A DNA stretch of 64,000 nt from a virus (taxonomy: Duplodnaviria; Caudoviricetes). The stretch is taken from the IMG/VR virus record IMGVR_UViG_2700989102_000001, positions 32,001 through 96,000 of that record; one strand, given 5' to 3'. Made by a program: the position numbers and the translations under genes. This document shows positions 55,562 through 63,945 of this stretch, piece by piece; position 1 is the stretch's first letter; each line of letters begins with the position of its first letter. Under the pieces are notes generated by a model that was given only the letters and a program-made list of their open reading frames with translations, searched no databases and was not told the DNA's origin.

Positions 55562-55776
55562 GCAATGACAAGGTCCGCCACCGCGGCAAACCTGCCGAGC
55601 CCTTCGCCGAGGTCGGCGCCCACGGGCGCATCACCCGCACAAAAGAGGATGGTCGGCTGCGCATCACCCCCAAGGGTCATGGACTCCCGGCCATGGCTTA
55701 CGTCTCCTGGAAAGACGGCGAGTTCTTCACGTGGGAGAGGCTCGCCGACTTGACCTTCACGAAGGGTAAGCGATGA
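55558..55776 (+). CDS. Hypothetical protein
   Basis: ATGA coupling. Confidence 0.6.
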   Translation: MSNDKVRHRGKPAEPFAEVGAHGRITRTKEDGRLRITPKGHGLPAMAYVSWKDGEFFTWERLADLTFTKGKR

Positions 55777-56072
55777 AGCGGTGCGCAGCCTGTGACAACA
55801 GCCTAGAGGCGGATGAGCCGAGAGTCATGGTGAACGGCGAGGCCCTGCACCCGTGGTGCGACCTCACGCCCACCAGCAAATACTGCGCCGATGACCGGTG
55901 CCATTGGTGGAGGACTGATCATGCAGGAGAATGCGTCGTCTGACCTGCGCAAATGGCAGCAGCCACTCACGCCCGAGGCTATCGAGTGGCTGTCGGTTCA
56001 GTTCGCGATCCTGCGCGATCGGTTCCGGCCGGCTAAGCCCAAGGTCCGCTACCGTAAGGAATTCTGGGAACG

Positions 56073-56873
56073 ATGATTGAGCCCGAGCGGATTATGTTCC
56101 TTGGGGACACCCACGGCAACGCGGGGTGGACCCGCCAGGCAATCGACTACGCGGCCGGCAATGGCTGCGATGTTATTGTCCAGGTGGGCGACTTCGGCTT
56201 CTGGAGCGATAACGCGGACACCGCCGCATTCCTAGCTATTACCCAGTCACGCCTGGCCAAGCACGGCATCACCCTCTACTGGGTGGACGGAAATCATGAG
56301 GATCATGATCGCCTCGCGGCCCGCCCGACGATGCAGAAGCCGCACCATCACAGGGGGCCGTGGAGCCTGCCCGACAGCCCGAATATCATCCATCTGCCTC
56401 GCGGCTACCGCTGGCACTGGTGGGGGCAGGCTTGGATGTCATTGGGCGGTGCGGCCTCGGTTGACCGCCTCGCGCGGAAGCCAGGCAAATCCTGGTGGCC
56501 GGGGGAGACCCTGACTGACGAGGACGTGGAGTTCGCTTCGCGGCCTGGCAATGTAGACGTCATCGTTGCCCACGACGCTCCTTATGGCGTGGACATCCCC
56601 AAGATCGGCATCGGCGAACCGAATACCGACAGCGGATGGCCCTTCGCCACCCTTCTGGAGTCTTCGGAGCATCGCCGCAAGGTTCGCCAGGTGGTTGATG
56701 CCGTCCGGCCGCGGCTTTACGTACACGGCCATTACCACCTCCGCTATCAAGCTTATTGCCGGCTCCCTGGCGGGGACCGCACGCTGGTGCAGGGGCTCGA
56801 CTGCGATGGCACGCCGGCACACCTGAGCACCATGTTCCTGAATAGGTCTACCCATGAGGAAATGGATAGCTAA
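56073..56873 (+). CDS. Metallophosphoesterase
   Basis: GDTHG, GDFG, DGNHE, H.AP, HGHYH. Confidence 0.9.
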   Translation: MIEPERIMFLGDTHGNAGWTRQAIDYAAGNGCDVIVQVGDFGFWSDNADTAAFLAITQSRLAKHGITLYWVDGNHEDHDRLAARPTMQKPHHHRGPWSLPDSPNIIHLPRGYRWHWWGQAWMSLGGAASVDRLARKPGKSWWPGETLTDEDVEFASRPGNVDVIVAHDAPYGVDIPKIGIGEPNTDSGWPFATLLESSEHRRKVRQVVDAVRPRLYVHGHYHLRYQAYCRLPGGDRTLVQGLDCDGTPAHLSTMFLNRSTHEEMDS

Positions 56874-57087
56874 GGCGCTACATCGGCTGGCGGTGAGAAT
56901 CCATTCGGACGAGCATTCGGAAAGAATAGTCATCCTGGATGAGTACGAGATCATCCGCTGCCGAGTGGAGATCGCCGGGGACGACTCCCACGGCGTTGAC
57001 TCCGAATATGACCTCCTACCTCCGGGCTGGACGGTTCAGCAATTTAGGGATGGGGAGCAGATTTGGACGAGTTGGAACCCGGGCTGA
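56854..57087 (+). CDS. Hypothetical protein (paralog of 45737-45994)
   Basis: RKWIAKALHRLAVRI. Confidence 0.6.
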   Translation: MRKWIAKALHRLAVRIHSDEHSERIVILDEYEIIRCRVEIAGDDSHGVDSEYDLLPPGWTVQQFRDGEQIWTSWNPG

Positions 57088-57329
57088 TCGCCGCCTATGA
57101 CCAGCAGGTTGCGGCGTGCGATGAGTGCTTGGATAAGTTTGTTGCGACTTTCCGGGCTTTGGCGTTGGTCTTCGGTTCTACGGCGACCACGATTGAGTTT
57201 GCGAATGATTTTGTCAGGCGCGCCGAGCTTGAGGCTAGCGGCGAGGCCACTGACGAGGATTTCGGCGTGAATGTCGAGTTTTTGTCGAACCTTTTGACGG
57301 TTGCTATCAAAAGATTGGCGCAAGTATGA
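57063..57329 (+). CDS. Hypothetical protein
   Basis: DQ..A...L.VAI.RLA. Confidence 0.6.
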   Translation: MDELEPGLIAAYDQQVAACDECLDKFVATFRALALVFGSTATTIEFANDFVRRAELEASGEATDEDFGVNVEFLSNLLTVAIKRLAQV

Positions 57330-57535
57330 TCCGCCGACCCAATGGAGACATGGTAGGCCCGCGCGACAGCGTGATCCGGGAATTGCTTACCGGTGAAGAG
57401 GTGCCAGTCGAGGACTGGGTGATGGATCAGTCGGAGTTTGTTGACACGAACGTCTGGCGCTACTGCAAATGGTATGACCTTCCCCCGGAATTTTGGGTCG
57501 ACAAGATCTATGATCACGTCGGGGAGTGTGAGTGA
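57326..57535 (+). CDS. Hypothetical protein
   Basis: ATGA coupling. Confidence 0.55.
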   Translation: MIRRPNGDMVGPRDSVIRELLTGEEVPVEDWVMDQSEFVDTNVWRYCKWYDLPPEFWVDKIYDHVGECE

Positions 57536-57864
57536 TATCCATTGCCCTGGTTGACGGCCGCCCAGTCACCCCCTGCCATACGGGCTGGCTGGTGGATGAC
57601 ACGGTGACCAAGGCCGCCCAGGCGGGGTTGACTTGGACCCCGGAAGACGTGCATCAGCACATTCTGATCACGATGTTCGATTACCCTATACCGCCCGAGT
57701 TTCAGTCTCGCTATGACCAGATGAATGCAGATTTGAAGCGGGTGGGTGATACGGTTTGCCATTGCGGCGCTCCGGGCGAGCGATACGCGGGTAAGAGGTA
57801 CGCGGTGTGCCCGCCGTGCGCCTATAGCGTGCATGAAACCTGCTATTGCAGCGAGGGCGAGTGA
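57532..57864 (+). CDS. Cys-rich hypothetical protein
   Basis: CHCG, CPPC; GTGA coupling. Confidence 0.6.
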   Translation: MISIALVDGRPVTPCHTGWLVDDTVTKAAQAGLTWTPEDVHQHILITMFDYPIPPEFQSRYDQMNADLKRVGDTVCHCGAPGERYAGKRYAVCPPCAYSVHETCYCSEGE

Positions 57865-58179
57865 ACGCAGTCCGCAGGCTTGCCGCCCGCGTAGCGGTGA
57901 CCGCTAGCCGAAAGACCGGCCGCCCCGTTGACCCTCGCGTGGCCCAATTGGCGGCAGATGACGATTTTCTCCGTGCGTATCAATCGGAAAAGGCACGCAG
58001 CCCGGGGCGCGCTACCCGACGGCAGGAGTGAGCGATGAACGCGTTGGGCGACAAAGAGGTTTAGGCATGTGTCAGTTTTGTGAAGATTATAAATCTACGG
58101 CGTGCGCCCTATGGGATCTCCTCTTCGAGGAGTTACGCGTGGCCATTGAGACCCCACTTGACGTGTCGGTGTTCCTCGG

Positions 58180-58341
58180 ATGACGCAGCCTAGATTCATG
58201 CCCGGTCAGCGGGTGAGGCGCACCACCGCCAATACCTCCCTCGTCGGTACCGTGCGCGCCACTGACGGGCATTCGGCCCTCGTTGCATGGGATAACGGAA
58301 CGATGGGCGCGCAGCCCGTCTCCGAGTTGCGAGAGTCCTAG
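58180..58341 (+). CDS. Small SH3-like protein (not in ORF track; paralog of 9983-10147)
   Basis: FMPGQRVR...GTVRATDGHSALVAW. Confidence 0.65.
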   Translation: MTQPRFMPGQRVRRTTANTSLVGTVRATDGHSALVAWDNGTMGAQPVSELRES

Positions 58342-58395
58342 CGGACCAAGAAGGGAACAGCAAAAAAATAGACCCCTCCAAGCCTCTCAACGATG

Positions 58396-58424
58396 CTCAA
58401 ACGGGAGGGGCCGTGTGGTACACT
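58396..58424 (+). promoter_or_regulatory. SigA-type extended -10 promoter for the RNA cluster
   Basis: CTCAAA-17 nt-TACACT with TGTGG extension. Confidence 0.55.
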
Positions 58425-58461
58425 AGATACTAGTTCCGGGCGCGCAACCCGGAAGGCGCGA

Positions 58462-58629
58462 CAGAATGCCTGTATCCGCGTGGATGCGGGGGCGGTGGCT
58501 CTCCTGCGGGCTCCCCCATATGCGCTGGGGGCGCTACGGAGAGTTTGGGACACCGCGAACGGGAATTGGCGCAAGACCGGGAAACCGGGCCTTGATGCCC
58601 CCCGTTGGGTTCGATTCCCGGGGATTCTG
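58462..58629 (+). ncRNA. ~170 nt tRNA-shaped RNA with greatly extended internal arms
   Basis: Terminal stem CAGAAT(G)CC/GGATTCTG adjoining T-arm TTGGG-TTCGATT-CCCGG; three internal helices. Confidence 0.55.
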
Positions 58630-58679
58630 CTTCGCGCAAAGCCCAGGAGTGGTTGCCCTGTTGAAAACTAGCAACCTAC

Positions 58680-58751
58680 GCGCTTGCGGTCGAGTTGGAA
58701 AGACTCCTGGCTTCCACCCAGGTTATGCAGGTTCGAGTCCTGTCGAGCGCT
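58680..58751 (+). tRNA. tRNA-Gly (TCC)
   Basis: Acceptor GCGCTTG/CGAGCGC, U73, anticodon arm CCTGG-CTTCCAC-CCAGG, T-arm GCAGG-TTCGAGT-CCTGT. Confidence 0.92.
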
Positions 58752-58752
58752 C

Positions 58753-59110
58753 GGAGGCTTAAGCTAACAAGCCGCCAGAAACTAAATTAGCCGATAGTTG
58801 GCAGCCCTAGACGTTAAATCACCCTGCCCGGCGTTCGCTTCCGTCGTCAACCAGAAGCATGAACTTGGTCGGAGCTTTGTGGCAGCGGGGTGGAATTAAC
58901 CCCAGGCCCTCCGACCTGGCCCTACCCCCGCCCGCCTGAATACAGGTAAGTCAGAGGGGCTGACTTCGAAGGTGGCGGGACTCAAAAGGGTTTACCCAGG
59001 ACGGCCCACCTGGGGATCAAAAATGGGTAACGCGAGTTCCTGCCCGCCCCTCGCAAACAAGGGCGGTGCCGACTTTAAGGAGGTCTTTCCATGCGTTAGG
59101 TAGCTAACAA
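58753..59110 (+). ncRNA. Putative ~350 nt structured RNA 3' of tRNA-Gly
   Basis: No ORF of 60 aa or more in any frame; many nested stems. Confidence 0.5.
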
Positions 59111-59124
59111 TGGAAGGAGCGGTA

Positions 59125-59424
59125 ATGAGCCGCACATACAGGGATCAGAAAAAGTATCTCTACAAACACCATCACGAAGTCTGCATGCGCAGCCATTTCT
59201 ACCTAGACGATGGCTCCATGCGATGGGGTTGGCGCGCGCACGACTGCGAATGCGCCGATTGGTGGGACTGGGGCATGAAGTATTGCCCGGTTCCGAGCTG
59301 GTGGAATCGCGATATTCGTAGGGCGGAGCGCGCCTTCACCCGCAACAAGATGCAACGCGCCCGCGCCGGTCACATCGACTGGTCGGCCGTGGATGAAAAG
59401 CGCGGAGATGACTATTTTTGGTGA
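59125..59424 (+). CDS. Hypothetical protein
   Basis: AAGGAG RBS; MSRTYR...PSWWNR. Confidence 0.7.
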   Translation: MSRTYRDQKKYLYKHHHEVCMRSHFYLDDGSMRWGWRAHDCECADWWDWGMKYCPVPSWWNRDIRRAERAFTRNKMQRARAGHIDWSAVDEKRGDDYFW

Positions 59425-59567
59425 CTTCTACTTCATGCCCTGCGCCGCTTGCGGTGGCCGGATGCTGAGGTCCAACATGACCGCCATCTACCCCGTCGAA
59501 GGGATGATTCACAGCCAATGCGCCAAGAGGTTTGCGGAATTGGGCTTCGGCGAGTATCCGGAGGTGA

Positions 59568-59765
59568 ATGATGGCTGACTACTTCACCCGCGGGGGCCGG
59601 GGGCCTTTCGCCTCCTATTCGGAGGCCGCGGAGGTTGGCGCGCCCCTTCTGGACCTTTCCACCATCAGCGAAGACGGCTCCGAGGTGATCCGCCTACTCG
59701 CCGATGATCCGGTGCTGTTCGCCATCTTCGAGCTTGGCCGGCGGCTAGGTGAAGAGGGTCTCTAG
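59568..59765 (+). CDS. Hypothetical protein
   Basis: GGAGGTG RBS. Confidence 0.55.
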   Translation: MMADYFTRGGRGPFASYSEAAEVGAPLLDLSTISEDGSEVIRLLADDPVLFAIFELGRRLGEEGL

Positions 59766-59856
59766 AACGGTACGCAAATCCCGAGGTGCTGCCACCTCTC
59801 CCGTTAAGTCGGTCGGATTGCGTCGGCTGGCCCCCGCCGACTGAAGTGGGGCGGTG

Positions 59857-59928
59857 TGGCCCGTAGCTCAATTGGCAGAGCGGCCGGCGGTAATTCGGCG
59901 CGTCTCGGTTCGAGTCCGGGCGGGCTAC
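59857..59928 (+). tRNA. Atypical tRNA, anticodon GTA (nominally Tyr)
   Basis: TGGCCCG/CGGGCTA, TAGCTCAATTGGCAGAGC D-arm, GCCGG-CGGTAAT-TCGGC, CTCGG-TTCGAGT-CCGGG. Confidence 0.8.
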
Positions 59929-59944
59929 CTACTTTTCCTGTGAG

Positions 59945-60391
59945 GTGTCGATGATCCGGCCGGAAATCAGTGTAGAAAAAAGCCTGTGGTGCATCGCCCT
60001 GCCGGGGGTGCCTATCGCGGCCGAGGCGTGGTTCTGCGATACCTGCGTGACCGATTTTATCGACGCTGCCCGCGAGTACGCGTGGGATTGGACGGATCAC
60101 CTGCACCGGGCGCCGAACCACGAGCAGAACGCCGACCTGGTGTGCTTCATTCAAGCCTCCACCGACCGGCAACTCCGGAATTGGGTTTTCTCGGGTCTAC
60201 GGTGCGTCTGTGGGGATGTTTACGAGGATCACGAGCCCAAAGACCTCTCGGTCCCGTTGGTGAACGATAATCCGCTCTACCCGATCCCGAACGGCTCGGT
60301 TTCGACTATCGCCACCACCAAGCCTTTCTCCACCTACGATATCGCCGCCTGCCACTGCGGCTGCACGATTTTTGATTTGTTGACCGACTAG
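59945..60391 (+). CDS. HicB-like antitoxin domain protein
   Basis: W.I.LPG.PIAA.......IDA.REYA.DW...L..APNH..N..LV......D.QL..W pattern of actinobacterial antitoxin C-domains. Confidence 0.6.
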   Translation: MSMIRPEISVEKSLWCIALPGVPIAAEAWFCDTCVTDFIDAAREYAWDWTDHLHRAPNHEQNADLVCFIQASTDRQLRNWVFSGLRCVCGDVYEDHEPKDLSVPLVNDNPLYPIPNGSVSTIATTKPFSTYDIAACHCGCTIFDLLTD

Positions 60392-60397
60392 GGGAAC

Positions 60398-60808
60398 ATG
60401 TCTGTCTACGATGAGGCTGTAGAGCTTCTGAGGAACAATATCGGGTCGCTACCCGATGAAGACTTCGGCCATCTCAACCTTTTTCCATTCACGTACGAAT
60501 CCGACGAGACCAACGGCATCAAACTCAAGGTTTGCATGGCCATCGTGAAGCTTCTCCAGGATCACGGCTTTCTCGCCGCGGACGACGCCAAACCGCTCGA
60601 CACGAGTCGTTCGGTGCGGGTGGCCTGTCAGTCCTGCGATACCGCATTGTTCAGCGTGGTGGCAGGGGAGTCGAGCGCGCTGGTGCCGGCGTCGTACTTG
60701 ATTCAGCAGGTGGGCCGCTTGGACCCGAATTGCCCGCACAAGCCGATGACGCTGGATGATCAGCGCCGGCTGATTCAAGAGGCACTCGAGGAAGCGGGGA
60801 AGCAGTGA
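60398..60808 (+). CDS. Hypothetical protein
   Basis: RBS, CQSC. Confidence 0.65.
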   Translation: MSVYDEAVELLRNNIGSLPDEDFGHLNLFPFTYESDETNGIKLKVCMAIVKLLQDHGFLAADDAKPLDTSRSVRVACQSCDTALFSVVAGESSALVPASYLIQQVGRLDPNCPHKPMTLDDQRRLIQEALEEAGKQ

Positions 60809-61026
60809 ACGAAGAAGAAAAGCTCCAGATGATGGGCTCATTGATGAGCCGGATGACCGCGGCATCGGCCGAGGAAGCCCGCTTCACCGATGAGCAGATT
60901 GCAGCCCTAGTGGAGATCTTTATCCCACGGTTTGTAACCGGTGCTCCAGGGGTTGCCCCCGCCAAGTTGTCTTGCACGGTCGATAGGGATGAAAAAGGTT
61001 GGACGATCCGGATCGACAAGCCGTGA
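60805..61026 (+). CDS. Hypothetical protein
   Basis: GTGA coupling. Confidence 0.6.
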   Translation: MNEEEKLQMMGSLMSRMTAASAEEARFTDEQIAALVEIFIPRFVTGAPGVAPAKLSCTVDRDEKGWTIRIDKP

Positions 61027-61228
61027 ACACGATAGCGATGATCTGGCACGATCTGGTGCTTCGGCACGGCGATGCGTGGGTCGAGTTGAATTTCAGCAAG
61101 GCCTCCCGCAGATTCGGCACCGTCATCGAGTGCCCATGCGGTAAGCGGTGGCTTTCTCGCATGCCTTGGTTCCGGCGCTAGAGTTCCACCCGCTTTGAGG
61201 GGTCGCATCCAAGCGGGTCTCGAATGGC

Positions 61229-61438
61229 CTAGGCCACTTTGAAGTCGGCAATGATTTGGCAGTATTCACACAGCCATTTGTTGTCGGTGGCCGCGCCCAC
61301 GTAGATGACGCGGTTACATTCTGAGCAGCGGGGCTTTCCCGCCTCGACGGACGCCGCATGCAATGGTGGGCATGCGGCGCGCCTGTTGAGACACTGCCAA
61401 TAAGGCTCACCGCATGACGGGCATCGCTTGGCCATCAA
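61229..61438 (-). CDS. Small zinc-finger protein
   Basis: CPSCG, CSEC, CEYC; GAGGTG RBS. Confidence 0.6.
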   Translation of the reverse strand: MMAKRCPSCGEPYWQCLNRRAACPPLHAASVEAGKPRCSECNRVIYVGAATDNKWLCEYCQIIADFKVA

Positions 61439-61584
61439 TCCACCTCACCACTCCAGCACCCGAAGCAGTACAACTCGTCGGGCGCGTCCGTCCAGACCTC
61501 TCGGGGCGCGTAGGCGATGGGATATCCGCACCGCTGGCACTTGACCTCGTAGTCGTCTTCAGTGAGGGCGGGCGCCTTGTCCAT

Positions 61585-61752
61585 TTAGTCCCCCACTTTC
61601 GCCAGGATTGCCAGTGCGTCTGCCATGCCGCTGGCCCGCCCCCCGCTGACTAGGCAGTCCTCCTTGTCGCCGCGGGCTGCGGCCGCTTCGCAGAAGCGAA
61701 GCCACTTCACGCGCTCAGCGTTGATCAGGTCTATTGCATCGCTCAAGGTCAT
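61585..61752 (-). CDS. Hypothetical protein
   Basis: MTLSDAIDLINAERVKW; AGGAG RBS. Confidence 0.6.
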   Translation of the reverse strand: MTLSDAIDLINAERVKWLRFCEAAAARGDKEDCLVSGGRASGMADALAILAKVGD

Positions 61753-61804
61753 CGGGTCTCTCCTCGCAGCGCGAGCTCGGTAGCAGCGGTCTTGTGCGGG
61801 TACG

Positions 61805-62101
61805 TCATGGGCGTCTACCAATAACCTTCGTCAGAGCGTGCTTGATCGCGACGCGCTTCGCGGCCTCCCGCGAAGCGCCTCCGTTCAGAAGGCCGGAGAA
61901 CTTAACCTGACTAAAGTCCTCATCCAGGAGTTCCGCCTCGGCTACCCAACAATCCGCATACCGGTCGGGCCCGGTCACCGTCAGCCTGACCATTCCGTGG
62001 TCTCGCTCGATGAACGCGACCGAGGCCGTCTCGTGGTCGCGCCACATCAGTTCGTTCACAACCTCACCCCGTAGGTCTATTGCATCGCTCCATGCGCTCA
62101 T
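61805..62101 (-). CDS. Hypothetical protein
   Basis: TGATG coupling to ftsK. Confidence 0.6.
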   Translation of the reverse strand: MSAWSDAIDLRGEVVNELMWRDHETASVAFIERDHGMVRLTVTGPDRYADCWVAEAELLDEDFSQVKFSGLLNGGASREAAKRVAIKHALTKVIGRRP

Positions 62102-63429
62102 CAGATCTCCCTCAATGCCTGATCCCGCAGGACCTTCAATTGCCCGGCGAGATAGAGCAGGGTGTCCGCCGCGTGCCCCAGCATTTCCGGGGTGCGGGTG
62201 AACATGTCCAGCTTCTTGTTTCTCCCGGGGTACTTTCCTTCGAGGCTTTCCATCTCCGTCAGGAAGCCTCCGTGGTGATGCCCCGCCATTTCGGCGGTCT
62301 CGATCAACTGGTCGAGGAAGAATTTCACCGGCACCATATTCGCGAGATCCTCCGGTTCGGGGTTGAGCTCGCGCACCTTCTCTTCTACTCGCGCGGTCAC
62401 CCGAACGTTGTTGACCGCGGCCTCGATCTCCCCATCGGAGACGAACGCGCCCTGTATCCGGATGGCGCTGCGCGCCCCCACCGGCAGGAATAACCCGTCA
62501 CCCATTCCCATGAGCTGCTCGGCTCCGCCCTCGTCCAGGATCACCCGGCTATCGGTGAGGGACGCTGTGGCGAACGACAGCCGCGAGGGCACGTTGCTCT
62601 TGATGAGGCCCGTCACCACATCCACGGAGGGCCGCTGCGTCGCCAGGACGAGATGAATGCCGGCCGCACGCGCCTTCTGCGCGATGCGGACAATGTTGGC
62701 CTCAACCTCTTTCTTGTAGCCACCCATCATGAGGTCCGCGAGTTCATCCACCACTACCACGATGTAGGGGAGTCCGAGTTTCTCGGCGTGGCGCACGCCA
62801 GCCTCCTGCATCTGCCGGTATCGGTCGTCCATCTCTACGGTGAGCCACCGCAGCGTTTTCACCGCCTCGTCAGCCTCTGTAACCACGGGCTGGAGAAGGT
62901 GGGGGATACCGTTGTACGGGGTGAGCTCGACACATTTGGGGTCGATCATGATGAGTTTGACCCGATCAGGGGTCGCCCGGTAGAGCAGCGAAACCAGCAT
63001 TGAGTTGATGAAGCTGGACTTGCCCGATCCGGTCGCGCCAGCCACCAGCAGATGCGGCATCTTGGCCAGGTTCAGGGAGACGTCCTTACCCTCGACGTCC
63101 TTGCCCACTGCCACGGTCAACGGATGGTCATCCTCGGGAACGATGTGCTGCAACCGCACAGTCTGCCGTTCCGGCCGGGGGAGCTCGATTCCTACGGCTG
63201 TTTTCCCGGGGATGGGGGCAACCACCCGCACGCTCTCCGTTGCGAGCGCGTAGGCCAACTGGGACTGCAGTTGTGCGACTTTCTGGATGCGCACACCCGG
63301 CCCCAGTGTGATCTCGTAGCGTGTGACGCTCGGTCCATCGGTGCGGCCGGTGACCTTGGCCTCGATGTCGAACTCTCGGAGTGCGGAGATGATCTGTGCC
63401 GAGATGTCCTGCTCAAGCATTGCGGTCAT
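62101..63429 (-). CDS. ftsK: FtsK/SpoIIIE DNA translocase motor (alpha/beta domains only)
   Basis: GPSVTRYE, PIPGKTAVGIELP, MPHLLVAGATGSGKS, IDPK.VEL, VVDELADLMM, ATQRPSVDVVTGLIK. Confidence 0.95.
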   Translation of the reverse strand: MTAMLEQDISAQIISALREFDIEAKVTGRTDGPSVTRYEITLGPGVRIQKVAQLQSQLAYALATESVRVVAPIPGKTAVGIELPRPERQTVRLQHIVPEDDHPLTVAVGKDVEGKDVSLNLAKMPHLLVAGATGSGKSSFINSMLVSLLYRATPDRVKLIMIDPKCVELTPYNGIPHLLQPVVTEADEAVKTLRWLTVEMDDRYRQMQEAGVRHAEKLGLPYIVVVVDELADLMMGGYKKEVEANIVRIAQKARAAGIHLVLATQRPSVDVVTGLIKSNVPSRLSFATASLTDSRVILDEGGAEQLMGMGDGLFLPVGARSAIRIQGAFVSDGEIEAAVNNVRVTARVEEKVRELNPEPEDLANMVPVKFFLDQLIETAEMAGHHHGGFLTEMESLEGKYPGRNKKLDMFTRTPEMLGHAADTLLYLAGQLKVLRDQALREI

Positions 63430-63660
63430 TTGCCCGCCTCCAGTCGAAGGTGATCGGCGCGGCGGCGTACGCCTCCAGCCGGGGATGCTCTAGACTGTGT
63501 TGCGACATTGGTAAGACTCTCTCTCGTGTGTGCCGGTGTCGGGTGCCGTCCGATTGCCGTCGGGCGGCACCGCCTTTTTATGCGTCGCTCTTGACGCCGT
63601 GGTAGATGCGGTCGGCGCACGCCCGCGCATTGCTGCAACTTTCGATCCGCACGGGGTCTA

Positions 63661-63945
63661 TCACGCCCCCGCCTCCGAGGCGAACAGGGATCGGGGCGCG
63701 GCCCAGTCCCAGCGGGCGCACTCGGCGCAGGGCTCAGGTTCGGCTCGCCGTGCATCCTCCAGGGAGGCCCGTAGTGAGTCCACTTCTTCCCGTAGCTCCT
63801 CGATCAGGCACTTGGCGTCATGTTGCTTGTGGCGCAGCTCGGCGGTGTACTCGGCCAGTGCCCGATGGTCGACGCCCATGAATTCCTCAACCCATGCGGC
63901 AGTGAGGCGCGGCACGTCCTCGGCGCGCGTGTAGTGCTCGCTCAC
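63661..63945 (-). CDS. Hypothetical coiled-coil protein
   Basis: GTGA coupling. Confidence 0.6.
   Translation of the reverse strand: MSEHYTRAEDVPRLTAAWVEEFMGVDHRALAEYTAELRHKQHDAKCLIEELREEVDSLRASLEDARRAEPEPCAECARWDWAAPRSLFASEAGA

Noticed and set aside
58753-58795. Theta/HDV-like ribozyme or preQ1-I riboswitch after tRNA-Gly
   Set aside because: A pseudoknot is possible but P3/L3 of the HDV fold is missing and the preQ1 loop consensus is only loosely matched; kept only as part of the unassigned RNA
58430-59110. tmRNA
   Set aside because: No G3-U70 Ala acceptor with matching 3' T-arm/CCA and no tag ORF; GGGGCTGA near 58956 has no downstream tRNA-like 3' end
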